Part shown: piece by piece, positions 27,303 to 36,534 of the stretch
Layout of the letters: the number at the start of each line of letters is the position of its first letter
How positions within the stretch are numbered: the first letter of the stretch is position 1
Origin: Prolixibacteraceae bacterium
GTDB lineage: Bacteria; Bacteroidota; Bacteroidia; Bacteroidales; Prolixibacteraceae
Direction of reading: 5' to 3'
Assembly: GCA_019459485.1 (NCBI GenBank)
Contig: JAIBEZ010000017.1
Coordinates: forward strand, 1,498 to 65,497
DNA length: 64,000 bases
Notes under the pieces: model-generated
Told to the model about the DNA's origin: nothing
Database searches by the model: none
The model's input: only the letters and a program-made list of their open reading frames with translations
Translations under genes and position numbers: made by a program

Positions 27303-28286
27303 ATGTTACTTAAAACATTAAAATCAAATCAGCCCTTTCATTATTTTTTGATACCGCTCATTGCCGTGGCTCTGTGGATCAGGTCGTTTGTTCATGCAGA
27401 GGCGTTTCCGTTTTATGCCGGCGAAAACATGATGATACTATACCAGCCGGTTAATTATTTGCTGGGCGATAACCTTTTGCTGAGCAACATTATCGCGCTC
27501 ATCTTTACCATTCTGCTTGCTTTTCTGGTTCTGAAATTAAATGTTCAATATGCTTTTATAAATGTAAAAACATCACTTCCGCCAGCATTATTTATATTGA
27601 TTGCCAGTGGAATGCCTGATTTGCATGGAATGCATCCGGTTTATCCGGCAACCTTGTTTCTGGTTATGGCCATTGACCGGGTTTTTAACTCTATAGATAA
27701 GGAAGTTATTCACTCGAACGCCTTCGAAGCGGGTATTTTTTTAGCGATCGGTTCACTGTTTTACCTGAACCTGGTTTTCTTTTTCCCATTGCTCTGGTTC
27801 GGCTTCATTATTATAAAACAGAAAGTAAACTGGCGTGAATATTTTTTAACTGCCATCGGTTTTGCATTGCCATGGCTGGCAACATTTATCTACTATGTGA
27901 TTGCTGGTACCGAAAACGAATTGTTACACACAATACAAATGAACCTTACCTCCCATCAGGTCTTTCTGAGGGATAGTCTTCCAATTCAGGTATTCGTCGG
28001 GTACCTGGTTTTGCTGACACTTCTGGGTAGTTTTTTCTTTTTGTCGCAGTACGATGGTAAGAGAATCAGCTCACGAAGGTTCTTTAAAGTATTTTTCTGG
28101 ATTTTCCTGATTTCAATTATTCTGATTATTGCCAATCCTGCCGTTTCTCAGGAAATCATAGTTATACTGGCTTTGCCGTTAACTTATCTGATATCGAACT
28201 ACCTGATTTTTATGAAGCGGCAAACTTTGGGCGAAGTTATTATCTATATCCTTGCAGCCGGGGTAATCTATTTACAGTTTACATAG
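27303..28286 (+). CDS. Multi-pass membrane protein (DUF6427-like)
   Basis: About 10 hydrophobic helices; usual position after purD in Bacteroidota. Confidence 0.65.
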   Translation: MLLKTLKSNQPFHYFLIPLIAVALWIRSFVHAEAFPFYAGENMMILYQPVNYLLGDNLLLSNIIALIFTILLAFLVLKLNVQYAFINVKTSLPPALFILIASGMPDLHGMHPVYPATLFLVMAIDRVFNSIDKEVIHSNAFEAGIFLAIGSLFYLNLVFFFPLLWFGFIIIKQKVNWREYFLTAIGFALPWLATFIYYVIAGTENELLHTIQMNLTSHQVFLRDSLPIQVFVGYLVLLTLLGSFFFLSQYDGKRISSRRFFKVFFWIFLISIILIIANPAVSQEIIVILALPLTYLISNYLIFMKRQTLGEVIIYILAAGVIYLQFT

Positions 28287-28288
28287 GT

Positions 28289-29218
28289 TCAAAACCAATT
28301 CTTCCGTTTAAACAGAAAAATCCCAATCAGCGCTAAACTGACTGAAATAGCAATCACATAAGCAAAGGCGAAGGGCGAATTTTCAAGGCCGTTTGGAACG
28401 TTCATCCCGTATAAACTTGCAACCAAAGTGGGGATCATCAGGATAATGGTTACTGAAGTAAGTTGCTTCATTATCACGTTCAGGTTATTTGAAATAATCG
28501 AAGCAAAGGCATCCATCATTCCACTCTGAATATCGCTGTAAACATTGGCCATTTCAAGAGCCTGTTTGGTTTCGATCACCACATCTTCCATCAGGTCTTC
28601 ATCGTGCTCAATGCCCTGCATATTTCGGCCATTTCGCATCTTTGCCAAAACCATTTCGTTCGATTTCAGCGAAGTGATAAAGAAAACCAAACATTTTTCC
28701 ATGTGCAGCAGGCGGTGCAGCTCTTTGTTTTTGGTAGCATTCTCCAAATCCTTTTCAATAAGGGCCGTCTGCACATTTATCTCTTTCAGGAACTGAAGGA
28801 ACCATACTGCTGAAATCAGGAATATGCGCAATACATAGTCGAAATGGTTGGTAATGGTGATTTTGTTTTCGTTAACGGCCTTCATCAGCGACGGTATAAT
28901 CTCCGTTTTTCGTGAACAGATCGTAATGATTTGTTTTCCTGAAATTATTATGCCCAAAGGTATTGTAATGAAAGGGATACCATTGTTTTGATTGTTGAGC
29001 GGCACGCGTAGAATAATCATCACTACGTCTTCATCAACCTCAATACGCGAACGTTCATCGGTATCCAGAACGTCCATGATAAAATCGCGCGGAACATGGT
29101 GTTGGCGGATTAAAAGCTCGACTTCTTCGTTGGTAAGTTCCTGTGAGTTGATCCAGCAGTTTGGCTGAAATTCATTCAAACGTGTAAAGGAGGTACCGGT
29201 TTCCCAATAAGTAATCAT
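28289..29218 (-). CDS. corA: CorA family magnesium transporter
   Basis: DERSRIE, SNNLNVIMKQLT, YGMN signature. Confidence 0.93.
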   Translation of the reverse strand: MITYWETGTSFTRLNEFQPNCWINSQELTNEEVELLIRQHHVPRDFIMDVLDTDERSRIEVDEDVVMIILRVPLNNQNNGIPFITIPLGIIISGKQIITICSRKTEIIPSLMKAVNENKITITNHFDYVLRIFLISAVWFLQFLKEINVQTALIEKDLENATKNKELHRLLHMEKCLVFFITSLKSNEMVLAKMRNGRNMQGIEHDEDLMEDVVIETKQALEMANVYSDIQSGMMDAFASIISNNLNVIMKQLTSVTIILMIPTLVASLYGMNVPNGLENSPFAFAYVIAISVSLALIGIFLFKRKNWF

Positions 29219-29263
29219 AGTTTCTCCGTTTTTTCGACAAACAGAGACTATGACGGGCTCTGT

Positions 29264-29311
29264 TTACCGGATTAATAACTTGAATAACTGTGTCGAATGA
29301 TAATCGTCCAT
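29264..29311 (-). CDS. Putative corA leader peptide MDDYHSTQLFKLLIR
   Basis: 15-codon ORF just downstream of a TACCTTTG promoter element; stop codon overlaps a leader hairpin. Confidence 0.45.
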   Translation of the reverse strand: MDDYHSTQLFKLLIR

Positions 29312-29335
29312 TTTGGATTTATTATTATTGTGGCG

Positions 29336-29343
29336 CAAAGGTA
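29336..29343 (-). promoter_or_regulatory. Primary-sigma -7 element for corA
   Basis: TACCTTTG on the minus strand. Confidence 0.65.
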
Positions 29344-29467
29344 AGTTAATTGAGTTTATATTTTTACAAACGAGGAAAAAATGATTTAAAATTGAAGCTC
29401 AACAATCATTCGCTTCCAGCTCATTATTCCTGAATTTTGAGCTTCAAATTAGAGTCAGTTGAGCCAT

Positions 29468-29497
29468 AAAAAAACCCGCCTGTTTTCACAGACGGGT
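29468..29497 (-). terminator. Intrinsic terminator after TolC gene
   Basis: ACCCGCCTGT / ACAGACGGGT stem with minus-strand U run. Confidence 0.65.
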
Positions 29498-29535
29498 AAA
29501 ACCAAAAATCAACTACCTGTAAAACCCTGAGATTA

Positions 29536-30864
29536 TTACAAAACAATGGATTGGCCATTGTAAAAGTCAAGAATTTTTGTCCTGAAAATGTATTCGTATT
29601 TGGCCTGAAGCAAATCGCTCTGGGCATTGGTGAGGTTATTTTTTACCTGGTTGTATTCAACAGAATTGATCATTCCCACGTTGAATTTTTCTTCTGTATA
29701 ACGAAAAGCTTCCGTCGAAGAAACAACCGCTTTCTGGTTCGCAACATATCTTTTGAATGATGCAAGTGCGTTGGTGTAGGCTTGCTCAATGTCTTTCCTG
29801 AGTAAATTTTTGGTGCTTTGTAATTGCAGTTCCGTATTTTCAACCTGAATTTGTGCATTGCTCACCCCGGTTTGTGCCTGATAACGGTTAAAAATCGGTA
29901 TGTTGAGTGATGCTCCAAAGCCATAGCGCTGATTACCTTTAAACTGATCTTTAAGTGAAGCCGTTGGATAATCGAATAAGTTTTGATAGAAGTTATTATA
30001 ATTACCGCCGAATGATAGTGTGGGCATCAGGTTTCCTTTCGCAATTTCCAGTTGTTTACGTGCACTCTCAAGTTTAAACTCGGCGCCTTTTACAGCCGGC
30101 CTGATTTGCACCGCATTTTTAAATACATCCATCGAATTCAACATGGTCATGTTGGCACTAATTTCAGGAAGTACCGGTTTTTCGATTTTAAAACTTTCGG
30201 AAGAGGGCAATTCAAGAAACTGGTACAAGCTGAGATAGGCCAGTTGAAGCCTGTTTTGAGCATTTACAACATTCAATTCTTCACGGGCATATTGCGCTTC
30301 TATTTCAAGCAAACTTCCTTTTGCCAGGCTTCCGGCTTCAACCAGTTTACCAGTGCGGTCGATCTGAAGCTGGGTTATTTTCAGGAGGTCTTCTGTAACG
30401 ATCAGCAATTCATCGGCAAAAAGTATTTCAAGGTAAGATGCAGCAATGTTGAGCATGATATCATCTTTTGCCTTTTGCATTTCTTCCAGACTGGCACGCA
30501 AATCCATCTCTGCCATTTTTATGGAATTTTTAAGTGTAAATCCATTCCAAACAGTAACATTCGAGCTTAGATTTCCAGAGGTTGAATTTGAATTGATATC
30601 CAGATAGGTATTATCCGGTCCAAGTGATCTTCCAAAACTCATGTTGTTCTGAAATCCTGCATTCAGGTTTGGCAGGCGGTTATACTTTGCCTGTTGGTGC
30701 TGATTGTTGTAATATTCTGAATTCAGAGCCTGCTGTTTGATCTGGATGTTGTTTTCAAGCGCGTAATCAATACATTTCTGTAACGACCATGTTTGCTGGG
30801 CCTGCGCACCCGTAAAAACAACCAGCATGATAGCTGCGGCAATGAGGCTGTACATTCGTTTCAT
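29536..30864 (-). CDS. TolC family outer-membrane efflux protein
   Basis: WSLQKCIDYALENN, LPNLNAG, two OEP repeats, YNVG...LLQAKYEY. Confidence 0.92.
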   Translation of the reverse strand: MKRMYSLIAAAIMLVVFTGAQAQQTWSLQKCIDYALENNIQIKQQALNSEYYNNQHQQAKYNRLPNLNAGFQNNMSFGRSLGPDNTYLDINSNSTSGNLSSNVTVWNGFTLKNSIKMAEMDLRASLEEMQKAKDDIMLNIAASYLEILFADELLIVTEDLLKITQLQIDRTGKLVEAGSLAKGSLLEIEAQYAREELNVVNAQNRLQLAYLSLYQFLELPSSESFKIEKPVLPEISANMTMLNSMDVFKNAVQIRPAVKGAEFKLESARKQLEIAKGNLMPTLSFGGNYNNFYQNLFDYPTASLKDQFKGNQRYGFGASLNIPIFNRYQAQTGVSNAQIQVENTELQLQSTKNLLRKDIEQAYTNALASFKRYVANQKAVVSSTEAFRYTEEKFNVGMINSVEYNQVKNNLTNAQSDLLQAKYEYIFRTKILDFYNGQSIVL

Positions 30865-30969
30865 ATTTTATAGTGTTTGTTTTTTTTATTTCCTGATACC
30901 TTTCCGTCCGATGAACCAGTTTCTTTAAATAGCATGATTCCGCGGACGGTTTCTCTTTTTTTATTCGTT

Positions 30970-31058
30970 ACCCCAGGGCTTCGTTCGTTTCTCACTTGCC
31001 GTTCGGCTGAGCTCACGCCGAAGCCCTGGGTTATTGATATATCACCCTTTCAGGGTGA
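30970..31058. repeat. REP-like composite palindrome
   Basis: CCCAGGGCTTCG/CGAAGCCCTGGG arms, inner TTCGGC-TGAGCTCA-CGCCGAA, then GGTTATT and TCACCCT/AGGGTGA hairpin. Confidence 0.65.
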
Positions 31059-31155
31059 GGAATTATTCCATTCAACTGTTTTCTATAGTCTTCAGTCCAT
31101 TCTATCAGATAAGTTTTTTAAACCTGAAACTTGGAACTTGAAACCTGGAACTTCT

Positions 31156-32280
31156 TTATGCTTTTTTCTTTTCTTCTTCCTTCACTTTCTTCGGATCAAT
31201 CTTTTCGCCTTTTACCTTATCGGTCTTGGCCAGCCCTTCAGTCACTTCGATGTTGATTCCGTCGGAAATTCCGGTTTTTACCATTCGTTTTTCGAATACC
31301 TGCGGAGTCATTGTTTCCACTTCAACAAACGACGAGTCTTTTTCAAACTTCAGTAAGCCTTCAGGAATAACCAACACGCTGTCTTTCTTTTCGAGAACGA
31401 TGTTTGCGTTGGCGCTGTACCCGGCCCTAATAAACTGATCTTCCTTCAGAACTACATTTGCTTTTATTTCAAACTGAATGGCGCCATTCTCTTCTTTACC
31501 TTTTGGGGCAATGTATTCGAGTATTGCTCCGAATTTATCTTTTTCAATCGCACCAATTTCAAGTTCGATGTTCATTCCTTCCTTGATTTTGCCGACTTCA
31601 GTTTCATCCACTTTTCCTTTGAAAATCATGTCCTGCATATCGGCCACGGTACAGATGGTGGTTCCGTTGTTAAAGGTATTCGATTGAATGACCGAGTTTC
31701 CTTCTTTGATCGGAACATCCAGCACCATTCCGTTTACTGTTGAACGAACAAGCGTATTAGTAGCCGTTGATGCCCTTTTTGTTACACCGTTTCTAATTAA
31801 TTCCAGATTATTTTCAGCTGCCGATAATTCCTCCTTTGCCGCATCGTAGCTAACTTTGGCATTTTTGTATTCATTGTACGAAATTACTTTCTGATCGTAC
31901 AATTTTTGCTGACGGTCGTAATCGATTTTTGAATCGTCGAAACTCAATTGCGCACGGTTGAGGCGGGTTTCAGCATTGTTCAGGTTTACCATATCAGGAA
32001 TAATCTTGATTTTGGCAATCACCTGGTCTTTCTTTACAAAGTCGCCGGCAACAATGTACAATTCGTCAATAATTCCTGAAACCTGGGGCACAATATCGAT
32101 TTCTTTGCGCGGAACAACCGAGCCTGTAGCAACGGTTTTGCGGATAACATTCGATACAAACGGGCTTTTTGTCTCGAATACTTCAGGTACTTTTTTTGAT
32201 TTGGTGTAGAGAAAGTAGATCGTTCCTCCGAAAATCCCCACAAGGATTACAATTCCTAAGATTCTAAAAATTTTTTTCAT
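31156..32280 (-). CDS. Periplasmic adaptor (MacA-like membrane fusion protein)
   Basis: N-terminal TM, VATGSVVP..PQVSGII, VDETEVGKIKEG; start at MKKIFRILG. Confidence 0.9.
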   Translation of the reverse strand: MKKIFRILGIVILVGIFGGTIYFLYTKSKKVPEVFETKSPFVSNVIRKTVATGSVVPRKEIDIVPQVSGIIDELYIVAGDFVKKDQVIAKIKIIPDMVNLNNAETRLNRAQLSFDDSKIDYDRQQKLYDQKVISYNEYKNAKVSYDAAKEELSAAENNLELIRNGVTKRASTATNTLVRSTVNGMVLDVPIKEGNSVIQSNTFNNGTTICTVADMQDMIFKGKVDETEVGKIKEGMNIELEIGAIEKDKFGAILEYIAPKGKEENGAIQFEIKANVVLKEDQFIRAGYSANANIVLEKKDSVLVIPEGLLKFEKDSSFVEVETMTPQVFEKRMVKTGISDGINIEVTEGLAKTDKVKGEKIDPKKVKEEEKKKA

Positions 32281-32360
32281 GGTTTTGTTTTTATATGTTT
32301 CTGTTTTTCTGTTTTTCAAAAATTACAAGCTAATTCGAAATCTATAATTGTTAATTGCCA

Positions 32361-33623
32361 TTACCCTTCGTCACGAATGGCATCAATTGGCTTTATGCTA
32401 ACTGCTCTTTTTGCCGGTATCAGCCCGGCGATTATTCCGGCAACAACCAAAACAGCCAGTGCCGATAGTGCCATCGTGAGGTTTATCTCCGGATTCCGAA
32501 AGAATAATTCGTCACCACCTTTCAGCAATATTTGGTTTAGTATTTCGAGTACGCCAACTCCCAGCGACAAACCTATGTAACCGGCCATTACAGTCAGGAA
32601 TACACTTTCGGCAACAATGTGTTTAATAACTGTTGCCGGAGTGGCACCAATTGCCCGCTGTATCCCGATTTCCTGGGTTCGTTCCTTGATAATTACCAGC
32701 ATGATGTTGCTCACACCAATTACCCCGGCCAGAAGTGTTCCGATTCCAACAATCCATGTCAGACCCTGAATGCCCAGGAATAATGCGCTGAATTTGACGA
32801 ATTCTTTTTCGATGTTGAAGGACCCAATGGCCTGTTGGTCTTCAGGGGCAATTTTATGGCGGTCTTTTAGCAAGGTTTTTAGTTTTTCTTCCAGATCGCT
32901 TACTTTGGTTCCGGGTTTTGATGTTACTGAGAAAAAATATACCCGGTTACCGAAATTATATGCTTTCCGCATGGTTGTAAACGGGATAATGATGGTTTCT
33001 TCTTTTTTGCCACCACCAATATTAATCCTCGTTTCAGCATGAATAACACCCACCACCTGAAAATAAACACCGCTAATTTTCAGGTATTGTCCTATCGGGT
33101 TTTCATCTTTGTCAAACATAACTTCAGCAACACGTTCGCCAATGTTGCAGACTTTTCGTTCCTGAAGCAAGTCAATTTCGTTGATCAATCGACCCTGAGC
33201 CGGAGTCCAGCGATCGATTTTGAAATAGTCGGGATAATCGCCAAACACATTAAATGCACCGGTACGTTCGCCGCGAATGGTATTATTGCCTGTTTGGTTA
33301 TTGCCAAACAATCGGGGCGACAGATATTCTACTTCTTTCACATTGTCGCGGATATAATCGATATCGCTTGTTTCGTAGTTCCAGCGACGGCCCCGTTGAA
33401 ATCCTTCATAAGGCACGCTGGTTCGTTCGGTCCAGAAGAAGGCCGAGTTGGTTGCAAATGCCTTCACTCCGTCAAGTACGCCATTTTCGAGCGCTTTCCC
33501 TGCCCCCGACATGATGACGAGCATGAAAATTCCCCAGAAGACGCCGAAGGCTGTCATAAAACTGCGCAGTCGATTTTTTTTCAGTGCGCTGACTATTTCT
33601 CTCCAAAGGTCTAAATCAAACAT
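32361..33623 (-). CDS. ABC transporter permease (MacB/FtsX type)
   Basis: RSFMTAFGVFWGIF, KERTQEIGIQRAIGA, IPAKRA..PIDAIRDE. Confidence 0.92.
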   Translation of the reverse strand: MFDLDLWREIVSALKKNRLRSFMTAFGVFWGIFMLVIMSGAGKALENGVLDGVKAFATNSAFFWTERTSVPYEGFQRGRRWNYETSDIDYIRDNVKEVEYLSPRLFGNNQTGNNTIRGERTGAFNVFGDYPDYFKIDRWTPAQGRLINEIDLLQERKVCNIGERVAEVMFDKDENPIGQYLKISGVYFQVVGVIHAETRINIGGGKKEETIIIPFTTMRKAYNFGNRVYFFSVTSKPGTKVSDLEEKLKTLLKDRHKIAPEDQQAIGSFNIEKEFVKFSALFLGIQGLTWIVGIGTLLAGVIGVSNIMLVIIKERTQEIGIQRAIGATPATVIKHIVAESVFLTVMAGYIGLSLGVGVLEILNQILLKGGDELFFRNPEINLTMALSALAVLVVAGIIAGLIPAKRAVSIKPIDAIRDEG

Positions 33624-33633
33624 GGCTTTAGTT

Positions 33634-34884
33634 TTATTCGTCGCGCAGGGCAACTATCGGTTTAATACTGGCAGCTCTTTTTGCCGGAATGTAACCCGCA
33701 AACGCACCTGCAATGATGAGCAGCAAAGTGGAATATACGGCAATGTTAATGTCAACAGTAGGGTTCATAAATATGGTTTCGCTCTGGTCGGTAGCCGGTA
33801 CTGCTGATTGCATCATAAAATAGTTGATCATTTCCATCAACCCTGTTCCTAAAACCAGGCCGATGTAACCGGCGATGGTGGTTATCATGATCGATTCAAG
33901 CAAAATCAGGCCAATTACTGACGACGGACTTGCACCGATGGCTTTTCGGATTCCAATTTCTTTGGTGCGTTCTTTTACGACAATCAGCATAATATTGCTG
34001 ACACCCACAATTCCGGCAATCAAAGTACCAATCCCAATGATCCAGATGAAAATTTTGATGGCCTGGAATATTTTCATGGTTTGGATATAATTTTCCAGCT
34101 TGTTATACAATCCAATAGCGCCTTCATCTTTGGGGTCAAATTTATGTTTCTTGCCCAGTGCTGTTCTGATTTGTTCTTCAATAGCCTGGCTTTCTTCAAG
34201 GGTCGAAGCATTTATGGTAAGGGCCAGATTATGAATTTTGTTTGAACCATTAAAAATCATTTGTGCAGTTGAAAGCGGCATGTAGGCATTCCGGTTCCGG
34301 GTTGATCCCGGTTCCGAGCAAATTCCTACAACTTTAAAAGGAACCATATTTATATTTACATACTCGCCCAATGCTGTGGAATCCTTAAAAAGAGCAGTCT
34401 TAATATCAGTGCCGATGACCACTATTTTTCGGTTCTGGAGTATATCAATCTGATTAATGAAACGGCCTTCATTCAGGATAAGATTTTCAACATCTCTTAA
34501 AGCGGGTTGACAGGTTATTGTGGTATATTCTCCCGATTCTTTTCCGTAAGAATACCGGGTGTTTCCCATAAAATACCGGCCTGACGATGCGCCGACTCCC
34601 GAAACTTTTGACACAATATCCTGATCCTGGTTCTGAAAACTGATTGGTCTTCCGGTTTTCATCCCTTCATAAGCAATGGTGGTTTCTCCATTCCAAATCC
34701 ACATGGCGTTTACTGCATCGTTCATAAAGTTTGCAGCTACACCGTTGCTCAAACCGTTTCCGGAACCCAGTAAAATCATCAGCATAAAAATTCCCCAGGC
34801 GACAGAAAATCCGGTGAGGAATGTCCGCATTTTATTTTTTTTGATAGTGGCAAGAATTTCCTGCCAAATGTCAATGTCAAACAT
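33634..34884 (-). CDS. ABC transporter permease (MacB/FtsX type)
   Basis: RTFLTGFSVAWGIF, KERTKEIGIRKAIGA. Confidence 0.92.
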   Translation of the reverse strand: MFDIDIWQEILATIKKNKMRTFLTGFSVAWGIFMLMILLGSGNGLSNGVAANFMNDAVNAMWIWNGETTIAYEGMKTGRPISFQNQDQDIVSKVSGVGASSGRYFMGNTRYSYGKESGEYTTITCQPALRDVENLILNEGRFINQIDILQNRKIVVIGTDIKTALFKDSTALGEYVNINMVPFKVVGICSEPGSTRNRNAYMPLSTAQMIFNGSNKIHNLALTINASTLEESQAIEEQIRTALGKKHKFDPKDEGAIGLYNKLENYIQTMKIFQAIKIFIWIIGIGTLIAGIVGVSNIMLIVVKERTKEIGIRKAIGASPSSVIGLILLESIMITTIAGYIGLVLGTGLMEMINYFMMQSAVPATDQSETIFMNPTVDINIAVYSTLLLIIAGAFAGYIPAKRAASIKPIVALRDE

Positions 34885-34894
34885 GGCTTCAGGA

Positions 34895-35620
34895 TTAAGC
34901 GGTTTCGAGTCCGTGGATGTATTCTTTCTGGAACTGTTTTAGTTCGCCGTTGCGGATAATTTCGTGAATCCGTCCGTCGTTCAACCTGATGATCTGACTC
35001 GTCATGGCAGCAATGTCGTGTTCATGGGTAACAATGATTACGGTTATCCCGTCATCGTTAATTTCTCGCAGGATGTCCATTACTTCATAAGAGTTTGCTG
35101 AATCCAACGCTCCGGTAGGTTCGTCAGCCAGAATTATTTTTGGTTGCGAAATCAAGGCACGTGCAATGGCTACGCGTTGTTTTTGTCCTCCCGACATTTC
35201 GTTCGGCATGTGGTTCGCCCATTCTTTTAAACCTAATTTATCGAGGTATTCCAATGCAATCAGATTACGCTTTTTCCTTGGAACTCCCTTATAATAGAGG
35301 GGAAGCGCCACATTTTCCATCGCGTTTTTAAACGAAATCAGGTTGAACGACTGAAATACGAAACCGACCATTTCGTTTCTAAGCTTGGCGGCTTTTTTTT
35401 CGCTCATGTTCGCAATAAGATTGCCTGACAAATGGTAAGTACCGTTGTCATAATTGTCGAGCATCCCCAAAATGTTCAAAAGGGTTGACTTCCCTGAACC
35501 AGAGGAACCCATGATGGAAACAAAGTCGCCCTGTTCTATATGGAGGTCGATACCTTTCAGAACATGGAGACTACTGCTTCCCATCTCATAGGATTTGTGA
35601 ATGTTGTTTAATCTGATCAT
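34895..35620 (-). CDS. ABC transporter ATP-binding protein (MacB/LolD type)
   Basis: Walker A GSSGSGKS, MSGGQKQR signature, ILADEPTGALD; start at MIRLNNIH. Confidence 0.95.
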   Translation of the reverse strand: MIRLNNIHKSYEMGSSSLHVLKGIDLHIEQGDFVSIMGSSGSGKSTLLNILGMLDNYDNGTYHLSGNLIANMSEKKAAKLRNEMVGFVFQSFNLISFKNAMENVALPLYYKGVPRKKRNLIALEYLDKLGLKEWANHMPNEMSGGQKQRVAIARALISQPKIILADEPTGALDSANSYEVMDILREINDDGITVIIVTHEHDIAAMTSQIIRLNDGRIHEIIRNGELKQFQKEYIHGLETA

Positions 35621-35822
35621 GGCATTGTTTTCTGTTAGTTTTCTGTTCAAAATTCGGTAATAATGGTTTTTCGATCTCATTTATTTCGATGAATCGTCGG
35701 TTTCGATCTGTAAAACGGTTAAAAAGTCAGTTTTAACGGAATAAACACGCACAAAACACCGGTAAATTAAAATTGCTGACCATTCTGTTTTCTGTTTCTG
35801 AATTTTCTTTACACCGAAGTAT

Positions 35823-35848
35823 GACGGATTGTTAAACGAAACGTTACA
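35823..35848 (-). promoter_or_regulatory. Candidate ECF sigma promoter of the efflux operon
   Basis: TGTAAC-N16-CGTC on the minus strand. Confidence 0.4.
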
Positions 35849-35957
35849 GGAATTAGTAATTTTTTGGAAAATTTAACTCAATAAAAAAAGGATGGAACAA
35901 CTTAATGTCCATCCCTTCAGTATTTTAGAAAGTAAAATTTCTTATCCTGAAGTAAAA

Positions 35958-36359
35958 TTATTCAGTTTTACTCATTATCAGTTTGCCATGTTGGAGGCCT
36001 TTAATACTTATCAGTTTGTCCGACAGTTCGGTAAGTCGGCGGGATGCTCCTTTAACCGCGATAATCTCCATGCAATTCTGTTCGCTCAGGTTAAACTGCT
36101 GAACGCCAATTACGACATCGCGGTATGAAACCTGAAGCTCAAAAGAGTGGATTCTGATATCTGGTTTTTCATTGCTGTAAACCAGAACAATGGCACCAGC
36201 CACCAGATTGCCGCATTTCCATTTTTGCTCCACCAGGTTTTTCTCAATCAGGTATCGGATGGCCTGCGACCGGTTCGAGAAATTATTATCGGTCACATAC
36301 TGATCGAGGGCTGTCAACAGCTCTTCTTCCAACGAAACGCCAAAACGGGAAACGGACAT
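35958..36359 (-). CDS. nikR: NikR-like RHH-ACT regulator with degenerate Ni site
   Basis: RFGVSLEEELL..NRSQAIR RHH domain; C-terminal CMEIIAVKG..KGLQHGKL; His ligands absent. Confidence 0.8.
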   Translation of the reverse strand: MSVSRFGVSLEEELLTALDQYVTDNNFSNRSQAIRYLIEKNLVEQKWKCGNLVAGAIVLVYSNEKPDIRIHSFELQVSYRDVVIGVQQFNLSEQNCMEIIAVKGASRRLTELSDKLISIKGLQHGKLIMSKTE

Positions 36360-36534
36360 GATGTAAATACTTTAAAAATTCGATTTATTTTGAAGCGAAG
36401 TTAAAGGATTGGGAGAAGTTTACAAACGATAACCGCTAATTTCCCGGATTTAAGCAATGAATTAGCGGATCGAGACTTTTATAAAATCAATAGTTATTCA
36501 AGACACGGAGAGAGCGCACTTTTGCTTTGTTCGT

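Noticed and set aside
29219-29343. M-box (ykoK) riboswitch upstream of corA
   Set aside because: Leader is only about 110 nt and I could not find M-box conserved elements; reported instead as a uORF candidate.
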